Assembly: GCF_006345805.1 (NCBI RefSeq)
Contig: NC_042999.1
Location: 32,302,001 to 32,366,000 of the forward strand
Source: Octopus sinensis
Lineage: Eukaryota
Reading direction: 5' to 3'
DNA: 64,000 nt
A program made the position numbers and the translations under genes. Of the stretch, positions 1 to 12,740 are shown in pieces. The number at the start of each line of letters is the position of its first letter. Positions within the stretch are counted from its first letter, which is position 1. Under the pieces are notes generated by a model. That model was not told the DNA's origin. It saw nothing but the letters and a program-made list of their open reading frames with translations, and searched no databases.

Positions 1-989
1 TAAAAGTGTTACGAGAGTGTCCAGTATAAATTTCAGAGGGCTCCACGGAAGTTGTGTGACATATCCGGTATTTAAATCACCATCACCGTTATAGATAATG
101 GATTAAAAAATACATTGATGTAGGAAGGCATTGAAGATGTTATTATTCCAGCACACAATATAGGTGCTCCTTACAAGATTTTTTGACAATTTACGCCTGG
201 TTAATATTCAGTTCATATAAATGTTAAGATATTTTTGATCGCTTTGACTACATAAATTTATACAGCAACACCCGTTCTCTCACTCTTTTTACGTCACCAC
301 TTGCCTCTCGCCAGCGAATCGAATGTTGGCAACAAATCTATTCGACGACACCATACATTTACGCACACATCACTCAAATAAATACAACTATACACGCACA
401 CATAGATATTAAAACACATACACACTTGCCAACTTCGCACTCTCTTGTTCCCCCCAAAAACGCTTTCTCTCTCTCTCTCTACCCACTTCCGGTCATTTCA
501 GCCATGTAACCACACACATTCTTTCCCTGGATTTTTTTAGTTTCCTGGACTTTTCATTTCTCCTCTGTCCAACGAATAGCATTGCTCGAAAGGTAAAAAT
601 ACACACACTTTATTCCACCTCTAATGTGCGTCAAGGTAATACGTTCCAACGTTCCACATGCTCAACCTCTTATTGTTTTATGATTTTTTTTAATGTTCGA
701 TGGTTAAAGTTCAACATTTAATATTAGCTTTGACTACATACTCACTCGTGCGTTTACATATTGTTTAATATACACAGTATATAATTATGAGCTACTACTT
801 ATAGCTCATAACTATATACAGGTTGAAAAGGGAGAAAAGGAAGAAATTAAGAATAAAACAAATTTGCGTCCCCTTTCTAAGTTGAAATCATCATTCGTCT
901 ACCTAGTTTAGAATTATCCAGCATCCAGCAGGCTCAATATTACGAGACATCTGCTCAGTCCAGCGAGAGTCCACCAGTTCGACAACAGA

Positions 990-1420
990 CATTCGCCCAC
1001 GTGCATACATGTGCCACAAACATCGGATCTGGGATTACGGAGTGCGGTGGTATTCTTGAATCTAAAAAAGATTGTGCGTTATTCCAGTTACACATAGCTT
1101 ACATCTCTTTTCATTCATTTACTTACTGCGAAGATTTCTGAACGATGCTCCACTTGATTATAAGTCGTGTGTAATTGATCTTCAACGATCATAAAATGAT
1201 AGACAGCTTATTGGTTTTAGTTTCGTTGATGTGTCGGCAATAAGACTGACGGTTTTCGTATCTTGTTTTAAATTTTTCCTTCACATAAACCGACGTAATT
1301 TCTCTTTTCGATTACATTATTATGGAGCACTGCTCTGATTTGGTATTCATAACTGACTGATTTCATTAAACAAGATTGATTAAGATGAGTATGTTACAAA
1401 GCCTCAACAGTTGTACCTAG
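990..1420 (-). mobile_element. Penelope-like element GIY-YIG endonuclease remnant
   Basis: Minus-strand translation across frameshifts gives YQIRAVLHNNVIEKRNYVGLCEGK/FKTRYENRQSYCRHINETKTNKLS...IKWSIVQK and LRNPRSDVCGTCMH. This matches the PLE GIY-YIG pattern Y.G..E..FK.RY..H...F......T.LS...W.I and the terminal RSE..S.CRH. Confidence 0.7.
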
Positions 1421-1619
1421 TAGAGGACCCTTGGGATGGCTTGCTAGTGACCGGTATTAGAAGCTCATATTGAAATACTGTGTGTCTTACAGAATGTATG
1501 TATATGTACGTGTGTACGTTGTAGCCTGTTCTGAACATATTAACTGCATTCACTCTACGTGTGATGTTTTAAGTCTGACTTGTGTTTTAGCTTTTAGATT
1601 AACATTTATTAACATGCTT

Positions 1620-2880
1620 GTCACCAGTAATCTAAATATGGTAGTGGAGTGATGGATGCTGACAGAAAGATCGAGAAAGGCTAAGGAAGTATCGGAAACA
1701 GTGCAGGAGAAATGGAAGGCAAGATGGAAAGATTTAACAAAGTATACAAAGGTGCCTAGTTGCTCGCTATAGCTTGGGAGTGGAACCAATGAAACTTTAG
1801 AATATATGGGCCTCAACGTAGCCAACGAAGAGTTTCGCACTGTTAGAGACCATTAACGTTTCCATGGCCACTCCTGAGACATTCTGGTCTAAATCGCCCG
1901 CGAACAAGAAGCAGTTAAAGGCGAGGACTAGTTCGGCCAGACGAAGAAGTGCTGATGTGTCAGATTGGGGGTTATGTCAAAGAAGTCTTGTAGTGCACAA
2001 AGCCCCCCGTGGTGATGGATCACAGTCTAAAACTATTGGTGTCAAGAGTGAAGAGAAGTCTAGAGGGTCAAGGTGGGAAGGAAAAATATTTGTCAAACGA
2101 AGAGCATGGTTGTTGTCATGGACGTGAGAGGGGAAGGAAGCCACTAAGGGGCAAGGATATGATCAAGATATTGGGATATGAATTCGCTGGATCAGTTGCA
2201 GTTGGAGAAAATGGGGCGGCCAAGATTGTTAGGTTTGTGGAATTTTAGGAGGAAGTAAATTGTAGGAGTGCATGGTTTGCGGACAATAACGATGGAGGTG
2301 GTGTGGGTGAGACGGGAGGAGGAGAGGAAGACATGGATAGCGGAGGACACTCTCAGTTGATAGCTGGGCGTGGGGTTGGTAAGCTGAGGGCAATAGAAGG
2401 AGGTGTCTTGGAGTTGGCGGAGAGTTTCCGCCTTGTAGAGGTCCGCGTGCCACACCACCGCGGCACCACTCTTGTCGGCCGGTTTTATGATGTCATTGCG
2501 GCGTCGGAGATATCGAAGCGCTGAGAGTTTGACTGGGGTGATGTTCAAATATCGGGGACGCCTGGAGAATTGAAACCGGTCTACAGCACGCTGGCAGACG
2601 CCCGCAAAATAATCGATTGCTTGGACATGGCCAGAGGCTGCCGTCCACTGGGAGGATTGGTGGCCCAATTCGGTGAAGCAGTTCTCCTTATTAGAATCAG
2701 GCGAAGTGTCGCGGAATAATGCACACAACCTAATACGGCGCACAAAGCTCTGGATATCGCCAGGGGTCCGAAATTCGTTGCTGGATCGAGTGAGTGAGAT
2801 GAGGCGCAGGCTCCTACTGATGGGGGAGCGCTCCGCCCCAGTGAGAGGAAGATCTGGGGACAGGTAACAACAGAGTGAAG
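1620..2880 (-). mobile_element. Penelope-like element reverse transcriptase, degraded
   Basis: ORF 2192-2743(-) contains IIKPADKSGAAVVW..LYKAETLRQLQDTSFY...PTPSY and PTIYFLLKFHKPNNLGRPIFSNC. Downstream frames give VSGVAMETLM (1851-1881) and FSCTVSDTSLAFLDLSVSI. These are PLE RT motifs, broken by stops and frameshifts. Confidence 0.9.
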
Positions 2881-3834
2881 TGAAGATTCCAATACCTTAT
2901 GATTAAAATCCAATAGTATCTAAAATTGGTCATTCCAAGTATAGTGTCTGTACACAGTGCTATTGAATCAAGAGTGTTATTTAAAGTGACCTAAAAATAG
3001 GGAATGTTTTTGTAAGGTGAATTGGAAAACAGGAAGAGAGGAATAAAGAAAAGAGAAGAAAGAGAAGAAAAAGAGAAGAAAAAAGAAAGAAACTGGAAGA
3101 TAGGAATAAAGAAAAGAATGAAAAAAGAAAAAAAGAAAAAGAAAAACAAGTAGAGTGATAATAAGGGAAAGTGTACCAGTTAGTGGTCAATCAAGTCAAT
3201 TTGAAAATAGGTAAGGGGAGATAAGTGTGATAGAGAAAGAAAGTTATTAGAGTGTAAAACGATAGAAGGAATGGGGGTAATAGACAGAGAGAGGTAAAAA
3301 AAAGTAAAGGAGTGTCAGTCATGTATTGATAGAATCTAAGTGATGGGGCAGAGAGGGGGTAGTAGTATGGAATGAAGAATTTAGGAACATAGATTAGGTG
3401 GTTGGACAGGTCAGTGCTTAGTAATAGAAGAAATTATGTGAAGATGTATAGATACGTATATATTAGATATGTATGTATATATATATTTATACAGATGTTT
3501 ATATATATCACTACTATCTACAAATACAACTCCTACTCATGTGTATATGTACACATGCATATCCATACATACGCATATCTGTATGTATTATCGCCCCTGT
3601 ATACGCAGGTATACATACCTTGTATACACACATACATACACGCATATACACACATATATATACACGCGCGTATGAATACGCGCATATACACACAAATATA
3701 ATTAGATGGTTGTGATTTTCGAGTATGTGTGAGGAGTTAGATAGGGATTAAGAGTTAATATATACATTTATACGGCTACTGGGATTACCTAAGTAGTATT
3801 GTAGAAATATATTGTATGGTCGTTTAGACATTTG

Positions 3835-4603
3835 GATTTGTGGTAGAATTTGAATGTGTGAAAAAAGCGGTTGTTGCATGTGCTTAGTGCCTCATTGTGT
3901 TTATTTAACAGTGCTGGAGAGTTGTGCCTCTTTCAGTATGGACTATGATAGAGTATAGGGTATATTTTTGAGATGATGAATACTGTTGGCGAGTGTTGAA
4001 GATTTACTATGTTTATCGTATCTAAAATAATGGAGGTGAGCGGTATATCGTTGCTTAAAACTTTTGGTTGATCATGTGTATATGACTGTAGAGTTGTGTA
4101 ATAGATTACGGACAGTGCATTTGTAAATTACATTATATCTTCTACAATGGATTTGTAACGGGCAAGCGGTTCCAGGACAGCAATTGCAATTAGGTGAATT
4201 TTGGGGACTGTGTTCAGGAATAGAGAAGGTTATATAGTCAGAGGAGAGGTTAGAGAAGTGGTTAGAATATTCTATATCATTAGTATTATTAACGTTATCA
4301 TTACCATCATTGCTATTATTACAATTGTTGTTATTATTTGTACTATTTGTAAGGGCGGTAGAGATTGTAGTGGTGTCAATAGGATGGGTTGGGTTAAGGG
4401 TATCTATGCTCGAGCTGTGTGTGTGTTCAGTGTTCGTATGTCTAGAGTTGTAGTTACGTGAATTTTGATAGTACAGAGAAAGCTTTTGCTTATTAGAAGC
4501 TGCTACAATAGATTCGATTTTGGGTGAGGTAGTATAAGATAGTTTCAGGGTGGATCGATTAAAGATAGAATGATATTTACGTTGTCGAGGGAAGTTAGAA
4601 TCT
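3835..4603 (-). mobile_element. Penelope-like element C-terminal/GIY-YIG remnant
   Basis: Minus translation gives FPRQRKYHSIFNRSTLKLSYTTSPKIESIVAASNK...PNCNCCPGTACPLQIHC..YNVIYKCTV...VIYT*STKSFKQRYTAHLHYFRYDKHSKSSTLAN...YTLS*SILKEA. This is the typical PLE FNR.T.K.SY / CNC..CPL..C..VIY / GIY-YIG series. It abuts (TA)n at about 4605. Confidence 0.85.
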
Positions 4604-4604
4604 A

Positions 4605-4678
<74 letters not shown>

Positions 4679-5055
4679 AGAGAATTCTACCACAGTATAA
4701 TATTTTGTTAGAAACAACCTCAACTATATATATTCCAGAAGTTAGGTATCTACGAGGTTAACATCTACATGTCTCTACAAGCAATATTTCCTAGACTGCT
4801 AAATTTAATTAAAGTTTGCGCTATTTATAGTCAATCACTTGCTCCTAACCAACATGCAAATTTAAGAACCAGTCGATTATTCAATACAAGTCTTCTAACT
4901 CTATGTAATTTCAGTGCAAACAAACATACACACTTTTCAGTTATTACATTCTTAAGCTCGAATATATTTGATGTTCCATAAAGTGTGCCATAGTTTTAAA
5001 TACCAACGTATAAGCAATTATTCCAAACAGTAACTGTATTAAATATATTCCCTGC

Positions 5056-5239
5056 TACTTGTTTCAGTCATTTGACTGCAGCTATGCTGGAGCACGGCCT
5101 TTAATCGAGCAACTCGACCGGAACTTATTCTTTTGTAAGCCCAGTACTCATTCTATCGGTCTCTTTTGCCGAACCGCTAAGTAACGGGAACATAATCACA
5201 CCAGCCTCGGATGTCAAGCTAGGGGGACAAACACAGATA

Positions 5240-5298
<59 letters not shown>

Positions 5299-5457
5299 TA
5301 CGACGGGCTTCTTTCAGTTTCCGTCTACCAAATCCACTCACAAGGCTTGGGTCGGCTCGAGGCATTAGTAGAAGACGCTTGCCCAAGGTGCCACGCAGTG
5401 GGACTGAACCCGGAACCATGTGGTTGGTAAACAAGCTACTTACCACACAGCCACTCA
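5056..5457 (-). mobile_element. tRNA-derived SINE (family A, octopus-type), near full length
   Basis: Reverse complement of the same roughly 400-bp element as 42913-43317. It has a tRNA-like head (TGGCTGTGTGG / GGTTCAGTCCC), a central GTGAGTGGATTTGGTAGACGGAAACTGAAAGAAGCCC block, an internal (TA)n, and the 3' tail CAAATGACTGAAACAAGTA. Confidence 0.9.
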
Positions 5458-6270
5458 TGTGCTGATCTTTTCTTTTTCAAAACGAGTGCTTCATATCTCT
5501 GAGCTTATCAACCAACAGCACCCACACATACACGCGTTTGAATCATATTTCCATTTCAAAGGAAGATGCAGAACATTTTTAAATATTTTACATTAATAAA
5601 CGAAGAATTCAACGAGAGTTTTAAATAAACTTTTGCATATAAAACTATGGATACTGCACATTTATATCTTCTTTAATTAATTAAGAAAATATAGGTATTT
5701 TATTTTATACATACAAATCGATATTGCTACTGCATAGATAGACCATTCCTAATTTAAAATTTTAACATACACAGTGTTTTTAAACTGCAAAAATAATTAC
5801 TCATAATCATACTCAAAAGCCAGCTCCCAATTGTAATTACGTTGTTAAAATTTTCTCATTAAGCAAATCTTTCGATTTGTTATTTAAAATTAAAGTCACG
5901 TCGAAAGTTTGATTAATGTAATTTTTCTTTGTTATGATTATCACTACTTGAATTTGCGGTTTATAAATATGATTTCACTAATATTACGAGGAATAAATGT
6001 TGTCAATAGTGTTAAAATATAAATAATGAAAATTACCAAAAATTTCAATGTTTAACCTTCTCTAATTACATGTGAACAATTATTGATAATTTGAATGAAT
6101 TTAACCAGTAGTCAGCATACATGTTACGGCTGTATTCTAGATTGCAGAAATATTTTAACGTTTTTGCTAAATACTGATGTTTCATTCGTTTAATGTCTTG
6201 ATAAAAAGCAATAAAGATCGATAGCCGGTCGTGGTAACATTTGATTTTAATCTGGGTCAAAATCGTAATA

Positions 6271-6715
6271 CCGTAAATTTTCGAGTATAGTCCGCCCTTG
6301 AATATACTACGCAGGGGATTTTTAGGGGGCTGTACCTCTGAACTACCTAAACCATGTGTATAATACGCACCCCTTCTCTTTCTCGCACAGACACTTCTCC
6401 GCATGCGTAATACAATAGCGGTGATGTTCTTAACTGTTATATGGGAATGTAAATATGTTTGCAAATTGTTTTTGTTACATGTTATTCTGTGTTCTGAATA
6501 CTTTTATTTTAATAAATGTTGCTCACTGCAAGTTATGAATAATTATTTTATGACTTCATTGCTTTCAGGCTTAGCTTAAGGTATTTTCACGCCCCACATC
6601 ACCAAATGCGTCTGAATAAACATTGCCGGGCAGCAACCTCGCATATAGTACGCACTAGGGATTTTGACCTTTAAATTTTGGGAAAAAATTGCGGATTGTA
6701 CTCGAGGATTTACGG
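6271..6715. mobile_element. Non-autonomous Tc1/mariner-pogo-type MITE with TIRs and TA target duplication
   Basis: Left end CCGTAAATTTTCGAGTATAGTCCGC; reverse complement of right end CCGTAAATCCTCGAGTACAATCCGC. TA at 6269-6270 and 6716-6717. Subterminal TATA(A/C/G)TACGCA-like repeats. No transposase ORF. Confidence 0.85.
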
Positions 6716-6935
6716 TACTCTTCACTATAACTAGTTCACCATAGATATCTATATTACCTCTACCTACAGATTTTTGTAATGTACAATAATTAGTTGCAAT
6801 TGTTCGTGGGCCTATTACGTTCTGATTTCGACGAATGTTTTATTTTCAACCATTACAGCTTCCACAAAATAATCTACCAGATCAGTGTTGTGTGTGATTT
6901 ATCACTTGATACTAGAAGGCCTCTATTTTAATTAG

Positions 6936-7002
6936 AAAGCTACGGTCGAGAATCCCGGCTATTTTCATTATTGTGATGTAAATGTGGGATATACCAACGA
7001 GT
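6936..7002 (+). CDS. Candidate coding exon (gene A, exon n-2): KATVENPGYFHYCDVNVGYTNE
   Basis: Acceptor ctctattttaattag; open phase 0 to 1; donor T|gttagg (non-optimal). Phase-compatible with the 7210 exon. Confidence 0.35.
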
Positions 7003-7209
7003 GTTAGGGAAGAATGGTAATTCAATCTATTATTTGATTTAAAAGACTTATTAATTAAAAAATTTTGCATAATTTGTGGAATATCTGGAACGCCTGTCAT
7101 TGTTAAAGAAAACAAGTCGGCACACACGCAAAAAATACCCGTAATTCTAGAGGTCTATTCACATATATGATCACTGTTTAGGATATTTTATAAAAATACT
7201 TTCTTCCAG

Positions 7210-7370
7210 GTTACTACTCGTCCTTGCACGAATTAGTTGACTATTTTCATATCAGTAGTGTGAATACCGTCAACAATTTAAAAATCTCGGCATTCATTCT
7301 GATTCCCTATTCCAAGTGCAATTCTGGGTATTTTGTGCATCATTATAACAAATTTACACATGGGGAAAAG
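7210..7370 (+). CDS. Candidate coding exon (gene A, exon n-1): CYYSSLHELVDYFHISSVNTVNNLKISAFILIPYSKCNSGYFVHHYNKFTHGEK; product unidentified
   Basis: Strong acceptor tactttcttccag and donor AAG|gtaaaa; 161 nt with 53 stop-free codons in AT-rich DNA; phase 1 to 0. Confidence 0.55.
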
Positions 7371-7486
7371 GTAAAACTGCAGAGTGAATTGCCCTAGAAC
7401 ACAACGATTGTCAAACATATTTAACTGTATCGGTAAAATATCATGAAATGTTCGAGATTCTAGCGGATTTATTTTGTCTATATTAG

Positions 7487-7627
7487 TATAAGACTAGTAA
7501 TGAAATTAACGAATTTCTACGAGTGAAAATGGAGCATTATGCGAATGTCTTCAAAGATTTTAAGAAAACACAATTATATAGAGCAAATAAAGCAATATAT
7601 TTCCTATCTCAACCAAGTTGTTTCTAA
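7487..7627 (+). CDS. Candidate terminal coding exon (gene A): YKTSNEINEFLRVKMEHYANVFKDFKKTQLYRANKAIYFLSQPSCF*
   Basis: 116-nt GT..AG intron (7371-7486) with acceptor ttttgtctatattag; 46 open codons in the matching phase 0, ending in TAA. Confidence 0.5.
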   Translation, partial: YKTSNEINEFLRVKMEHYANVFKDFKKTQLYRANKAIYFLSQPSCF

Positions 7628-9657
7628 CAAACGCATTCCTTATTGTTGTTATCATAAATTTAGGAACGTTACATGTGTAGCAAATTATATCGATGCCACT
7701 TGTATTGCAGAATTTCGTTAACTCCTATCGCATCAAATTTCGAGCATTTCACCATTACATTATAAATGTTATCTTCACAAGATTGTTGTATTATATCATA
7801 TATTACATGTTCACCCCCGAGAAAATGAAAATAACTCACAGGTTGGATATGCTGAAATTATAACAAATATGCTCCCCTGGGACCATTTCTATAGAAAGTA
7901 AATGGATATTGTGTTGAAAAGGTGCATGCCCTGACCTCAAATTTTCGGTGACTTTTATTGTGTATCAAGGCATTTTTCCTAACTTATGAGAGTACCAGCT
8001 TATTGCATATGATAAAGACAATTTTTACACAAACATAAATATTGAAGTTCTATCGACCACATAGTATGTAATCTAATATCAACCTTGGTAAAAAATTACA
8101 TTAAATCAGTGTGGGACAAAACACTCGGAAGTGCAATATCTCGGAATCAATTTTTATAGATTTACAGCAATATTAACTAAAGTGAGTGTCCTTATCTCAG
8201 TGTGTACACATCATTATACGATTCATGTTTTTCAAGATGTAAATTAAAACCTATCTTAAGTTTCAGTTAATAAGCATGCCCAAGCTAATTAGATAAATTA
8301 AAGTAACTTATGCATAGAATATTGCATAATAAATTCGGCTATTAATATTAAATCCGTACTTTACAAATTCCATGAAATTAATGTAATGACAAACGCTGTC
8401 ACTATTATCCAAGAAATAAACATCGAGAGTGAGCATTCCTTACCAACCAATTCCCCAGTGTGTTTATTTTCTCTATTGCAGAACCTGATATGCATGTTCA
8501 GCTCTTTACAACTCCAAAGTAAAATTGATGACAGTTAAAGAGATACTTTTGAAAGCCAATGTCGTCCATTTTTAATATGACAGCTGATGTTACTAACAGT
8601 GTAACAAAATATTTAGAGTTTGCACATTGGCCCATTCTGCAGATTACAGAGCGTAGTTATATTTTAGGTGTGAAGACAATAAATTAGCCACTGTAGCGCT
8701 TCTTGACCACCAAGAAGAAAATACGCGATGTGCTTCTCGATTGGGAAGGCGATGAGGTATGAGGATACGGTTTTAGTTTAAATCATTTGAGTCCTTCGCT
8801 GTCTAGTAACACCAATATTTACAGGGTCTGTATACCTTAACAATATTATATTTCCTGAACTCGATAATTTGATATCACAAAATCCCTGCCTGATATAATA
8901 GGAATGCGGCTATTGTTTGTTAAGCCACTTTTTCAAGTTGTACGCTCACCATGCTATCCCTTATATTTTCACCACGCTACCCCTGATATGTTTACCATAA
9001 ATATTAGCCAATGTGCCTCTCGTCAACCACATCATTCTATATTTGGTCCTGAGCGCAATATGTTTACATTCACCATTAATACATACAAGAATCCGTTTCA
9101 ATACCTCCCATCACCCGTTATAAATTCTCGCCCCCTTTTTTTTATTGTGGAGTCACATCTAAAGAATCAACTGTGAGTTCTATAAGTTAACTTTTCAGTA
9201 ATTTTCCACATTCAAAAATGGCGTAATGGCAGTGGTAAAAAACGAGCAACTCAGAAACTTACGATTGATTCGAATTTAATATTGAAGACAGATAAAACTA
9301 TGCAAAGGTACTCCAAATTCTTTTAACCAGATATAGTAAAAATTATTTCTTGAAGGCCATTGAACAACCTGAAATACCTCTGAGTTTAATTCAATGAGCA
9401 GTGGCGACGTTACAGAAATATAAAATTTCAGTCAAGTATCTACTTGTTGATCTCTACTGTCCAGAAATTTTAACTTCAAAACCAGATGGAATCGGAATAG
9501 AATAATCTTTGATTATCATGTACCTGTTATTCCTAGGTCATTGTACAGTATGCAATGAAAATTTGCAAAGTTTCGCCAAAGTGGAGAATTTAAAATGTCA
9601 GTAAATGCGATAAGGGTGTTAGGAAACACCTACATTTCTAGCAATACTAGCATTTAG

Positions 9658-9729
<72 letters not shown>

Positions 9730-11057
9730 TGTGCGTGTGTGTATGTATATATATATATATATATTATATATATATATATATATATAGACGATATATCCTA
9801 TATTGTGCTATGATATTGCTTTGGTCCTACTGATTCCATTGACTTACTGCCATTTTGTGGACAGGTCATGATTTTTCGCATTTTCGCATTGTTGAACTCA
9901 TTTCTTTAGATCTAAACATTTGCATTTTGAACTGTCTGAACTCTCTTCAATATTTTCATCCATCTTTATGGACTTTTAGTCATTCTCAAGTGATGTATTG
10001 CAAATTTGTATTTGACACTGTTTGCGCATATATTCTTTTTCCTTTTCTATTGCATTTTTTGTTTGTACATTTTTGTTCTTGCAAATTTGTACATTCTTCC
10101 TTCTTGCTACAGTTATTATTTTTTTTTGTTTTGGCGAGTGGGGGTCGTACGTTTCCTACGCTGGCAATTTACTGATCTGAGGGTAACTACAACAAGTATA
10201 CGTTCACTGTTTGCCTGTCTGCGTCTAAATGGCCCCCAAAATCGGCTCATGCTGAGACAGACAGATAGACAGACAGACAGATATATAGATAGATAAATAA
10301 GGAGAGAGAGAGAGATAAAGGAGATAAGGAGAGAGAGAGAGAGAAAGAGGGACAGATTAAATGTATGCACACCCACGTACATATGCACGATTATATTTGA
10401 AAGCTGAATGTCGAAGCATAATATATTAACATACTGTTCTGAAAATTTATAAATATTTAGAATAGAGTTATATCACTATTTTGCTTCAACACTAATCTTT
10501 AACTTTTTGAATTTTCAGTTTCCCTGCCACTAGGCATTTGATCTTCTGATAAAATTATATTCAATTATTTATGAATGAACACAGTGCAACTAGAAACGAT
10601 GTTTATCAATATTCGTTGATAAGTTGATAACACAAAATTAAATGTATAATACTAAGGTATGTGATTACTAACAGTGTTTCAAAATACAGATGCTTAACAC
10701 CAAAATAAAAATAAATATTATTGATTTTATTATTATTATTTTTATTGTTTTCATATTTGCCTTGTTCTAAACAATGAAGAGTGAACGAAGAGCGAACTAA
10801 ACAAGAGTGAATGAAATGATGTGCTCAATAATACATTGTGTTTAAAGTAAGAAGGTAAATTATATTTTGCTATCGGCATTTCTACAAGAAAATAACACTC
10901 AGCTATCTGATTCCGTTATGAACTGATCATAATGTTTATCTGACTTTCATGACCAATGAGACGAGTAAAAAAGCTTAGGTAGTGGAACAGAACTGAATTT
11001 TAATGTCACGTATGATACGAAAACACACACATACATGTGTATAAGGTTACATGTATG

Positions 11058-11118
<61 letters not shown>

Positions 11119-11159
11119 ATATATATATATATACATGAATCTATCTAACTATCTCTCTT

Positions 11160-12740
11160 TCTCTTCTCTCTCTCTCTCTCAATATATATATACACACCCG
11201 CAGGATTGACATTACACCATTCTCCCCATAAGGAGTTACGACCAGAATTTTTGTACCAACAATCCACTAACCAACCACACAAGACAAAACCCGTACAACA
11301 CAGAATAATTACCAACAACAACCTCCTCCTAAAACACTGTATCCAAACATGGGATATAGGGACACACTTTTCAATACCATTCCAAGAACCCGCACCATAA
11401 ATCACAGCAACAAGGCACTCCACAACAACAGGGAACAGCTACATAACAGCTACAGTCCCAATAACCTCAATCATTTTAGACCCGATACGCAAACACATAG
11501 ATACGAGATAGCACCGGACAGACAGGAAGAATCAAAAGTGATACAAATCATCAATCTAACACACAAAGAATTAATATCAAACCAAATCAACGTACTCTCT
11601 AAGGCCTCGAGTTCACATCCACCTCCCAACGCCCAAAATACTACAAAATGAAAGAAGACGTTGAGGAATTCTGTAGAGAAGTACGAGTCGCTGAGGATCA
11701 ATACGACAAATACAACGATGACGTATCGTTAATCTGAAATAGAAGTAACTACACCCCTTTCTGAACATGTCTGTGAATACATCACGAATTACCCATATCA
11801 ACATATACACAAACAAAAACGCATGCCAAACTTCAGCTAAAAAGAATGGGCTGAGCTAAACACACTAAAATATGATAACATTGAAGCAGTTATCGAGGCT
11901 GGTCCAACACTACAGTCAATAGAAAATAATTGGAAACCTAAAAACTGTTAAATCTATACAGAGAAGGGCTCACCGACAAGTAATACAAATATATGATTAG
12001 CTTCAACAATACATTGTGTATCCTAAGATACACAAAAATGAGAAAATAAGCAACGCATGCAGGATAGCCACAGACATAATAATCAAGGTCTATACTCTTA
12101 TGACCTCAAATTAAGACCTATAGTAGCAGGTCCCGCATGCGAAACTCACCGCCTTAGTAATTTTTTAGATACCCTCTTAGAACCATTCCTCAAGCACAAC
12201 AAAAGCTACATAAGGGATGACATTAGATTTACTCAATCACCTCCCTAAAATAAAAAATAAAAATAAAAATGCCCTACAAGTATATTCCAGTAGTCAAACT
12301 CTATTCCAATATGCCACACAACCTAGGAATAGGGGCAATTCAATTCTGGCTAGAGAACTACGCCAATGAACTCTCACATCGCATCAAAAAACAATTCGTA
12401 ATACAAGGGCGAAAGTTTATCTTGGAGGATAACTTCTGTGTATTAAAAAAAACAACTTATATCGACAGGCATCGGTGACTGCGATGGGTACACGAATAGC
12501 CCCCCTCTTTTGCTAACTTATTCATGGCATATCTAGAAATCAGGCTTTATCGCAAGGTACTAGAAAAATACGGCAACCCATCCTTCCTCTACATAGAAAA
12601 TAACTGGATGACTGTTTCATTCTTTGGCATGAACGTACAGAGAGGTGTAAATAATTTGAAGCACTTTTAAATGGACTTGACATAAACATTCAATTTACGA
12701 TGAAATATAGCCATCAACAATTTCCATTCCTCGACATCCC
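11160..12740 (+). mobile_element. Penelope-like element N-terminus + RT, degraded and 3'-truncated
   Basis: Fragments IINLTHKELISNQINVLSK, LKLRPIVAGPACETHRLSNFLDTLLEPFLKHNKSYIRDD, VVKLYSNMPHNLGIGAIQFWLENY, GDCDGYTN ~ (G)TAMGTRIAP..ANLFMAYLE, and LDINIQFTMKYSHQQFPFLDI. Begins next to the (TA)n at 11060-11133. Confidence 0.9.

Noticed and set aside
785-811. 10-bp hairpin TTATGAGCTA/TAGCTCATAA as a Helitron 3' end
   Set aside because: No downstream CTRR terminus; AT-rich stem.
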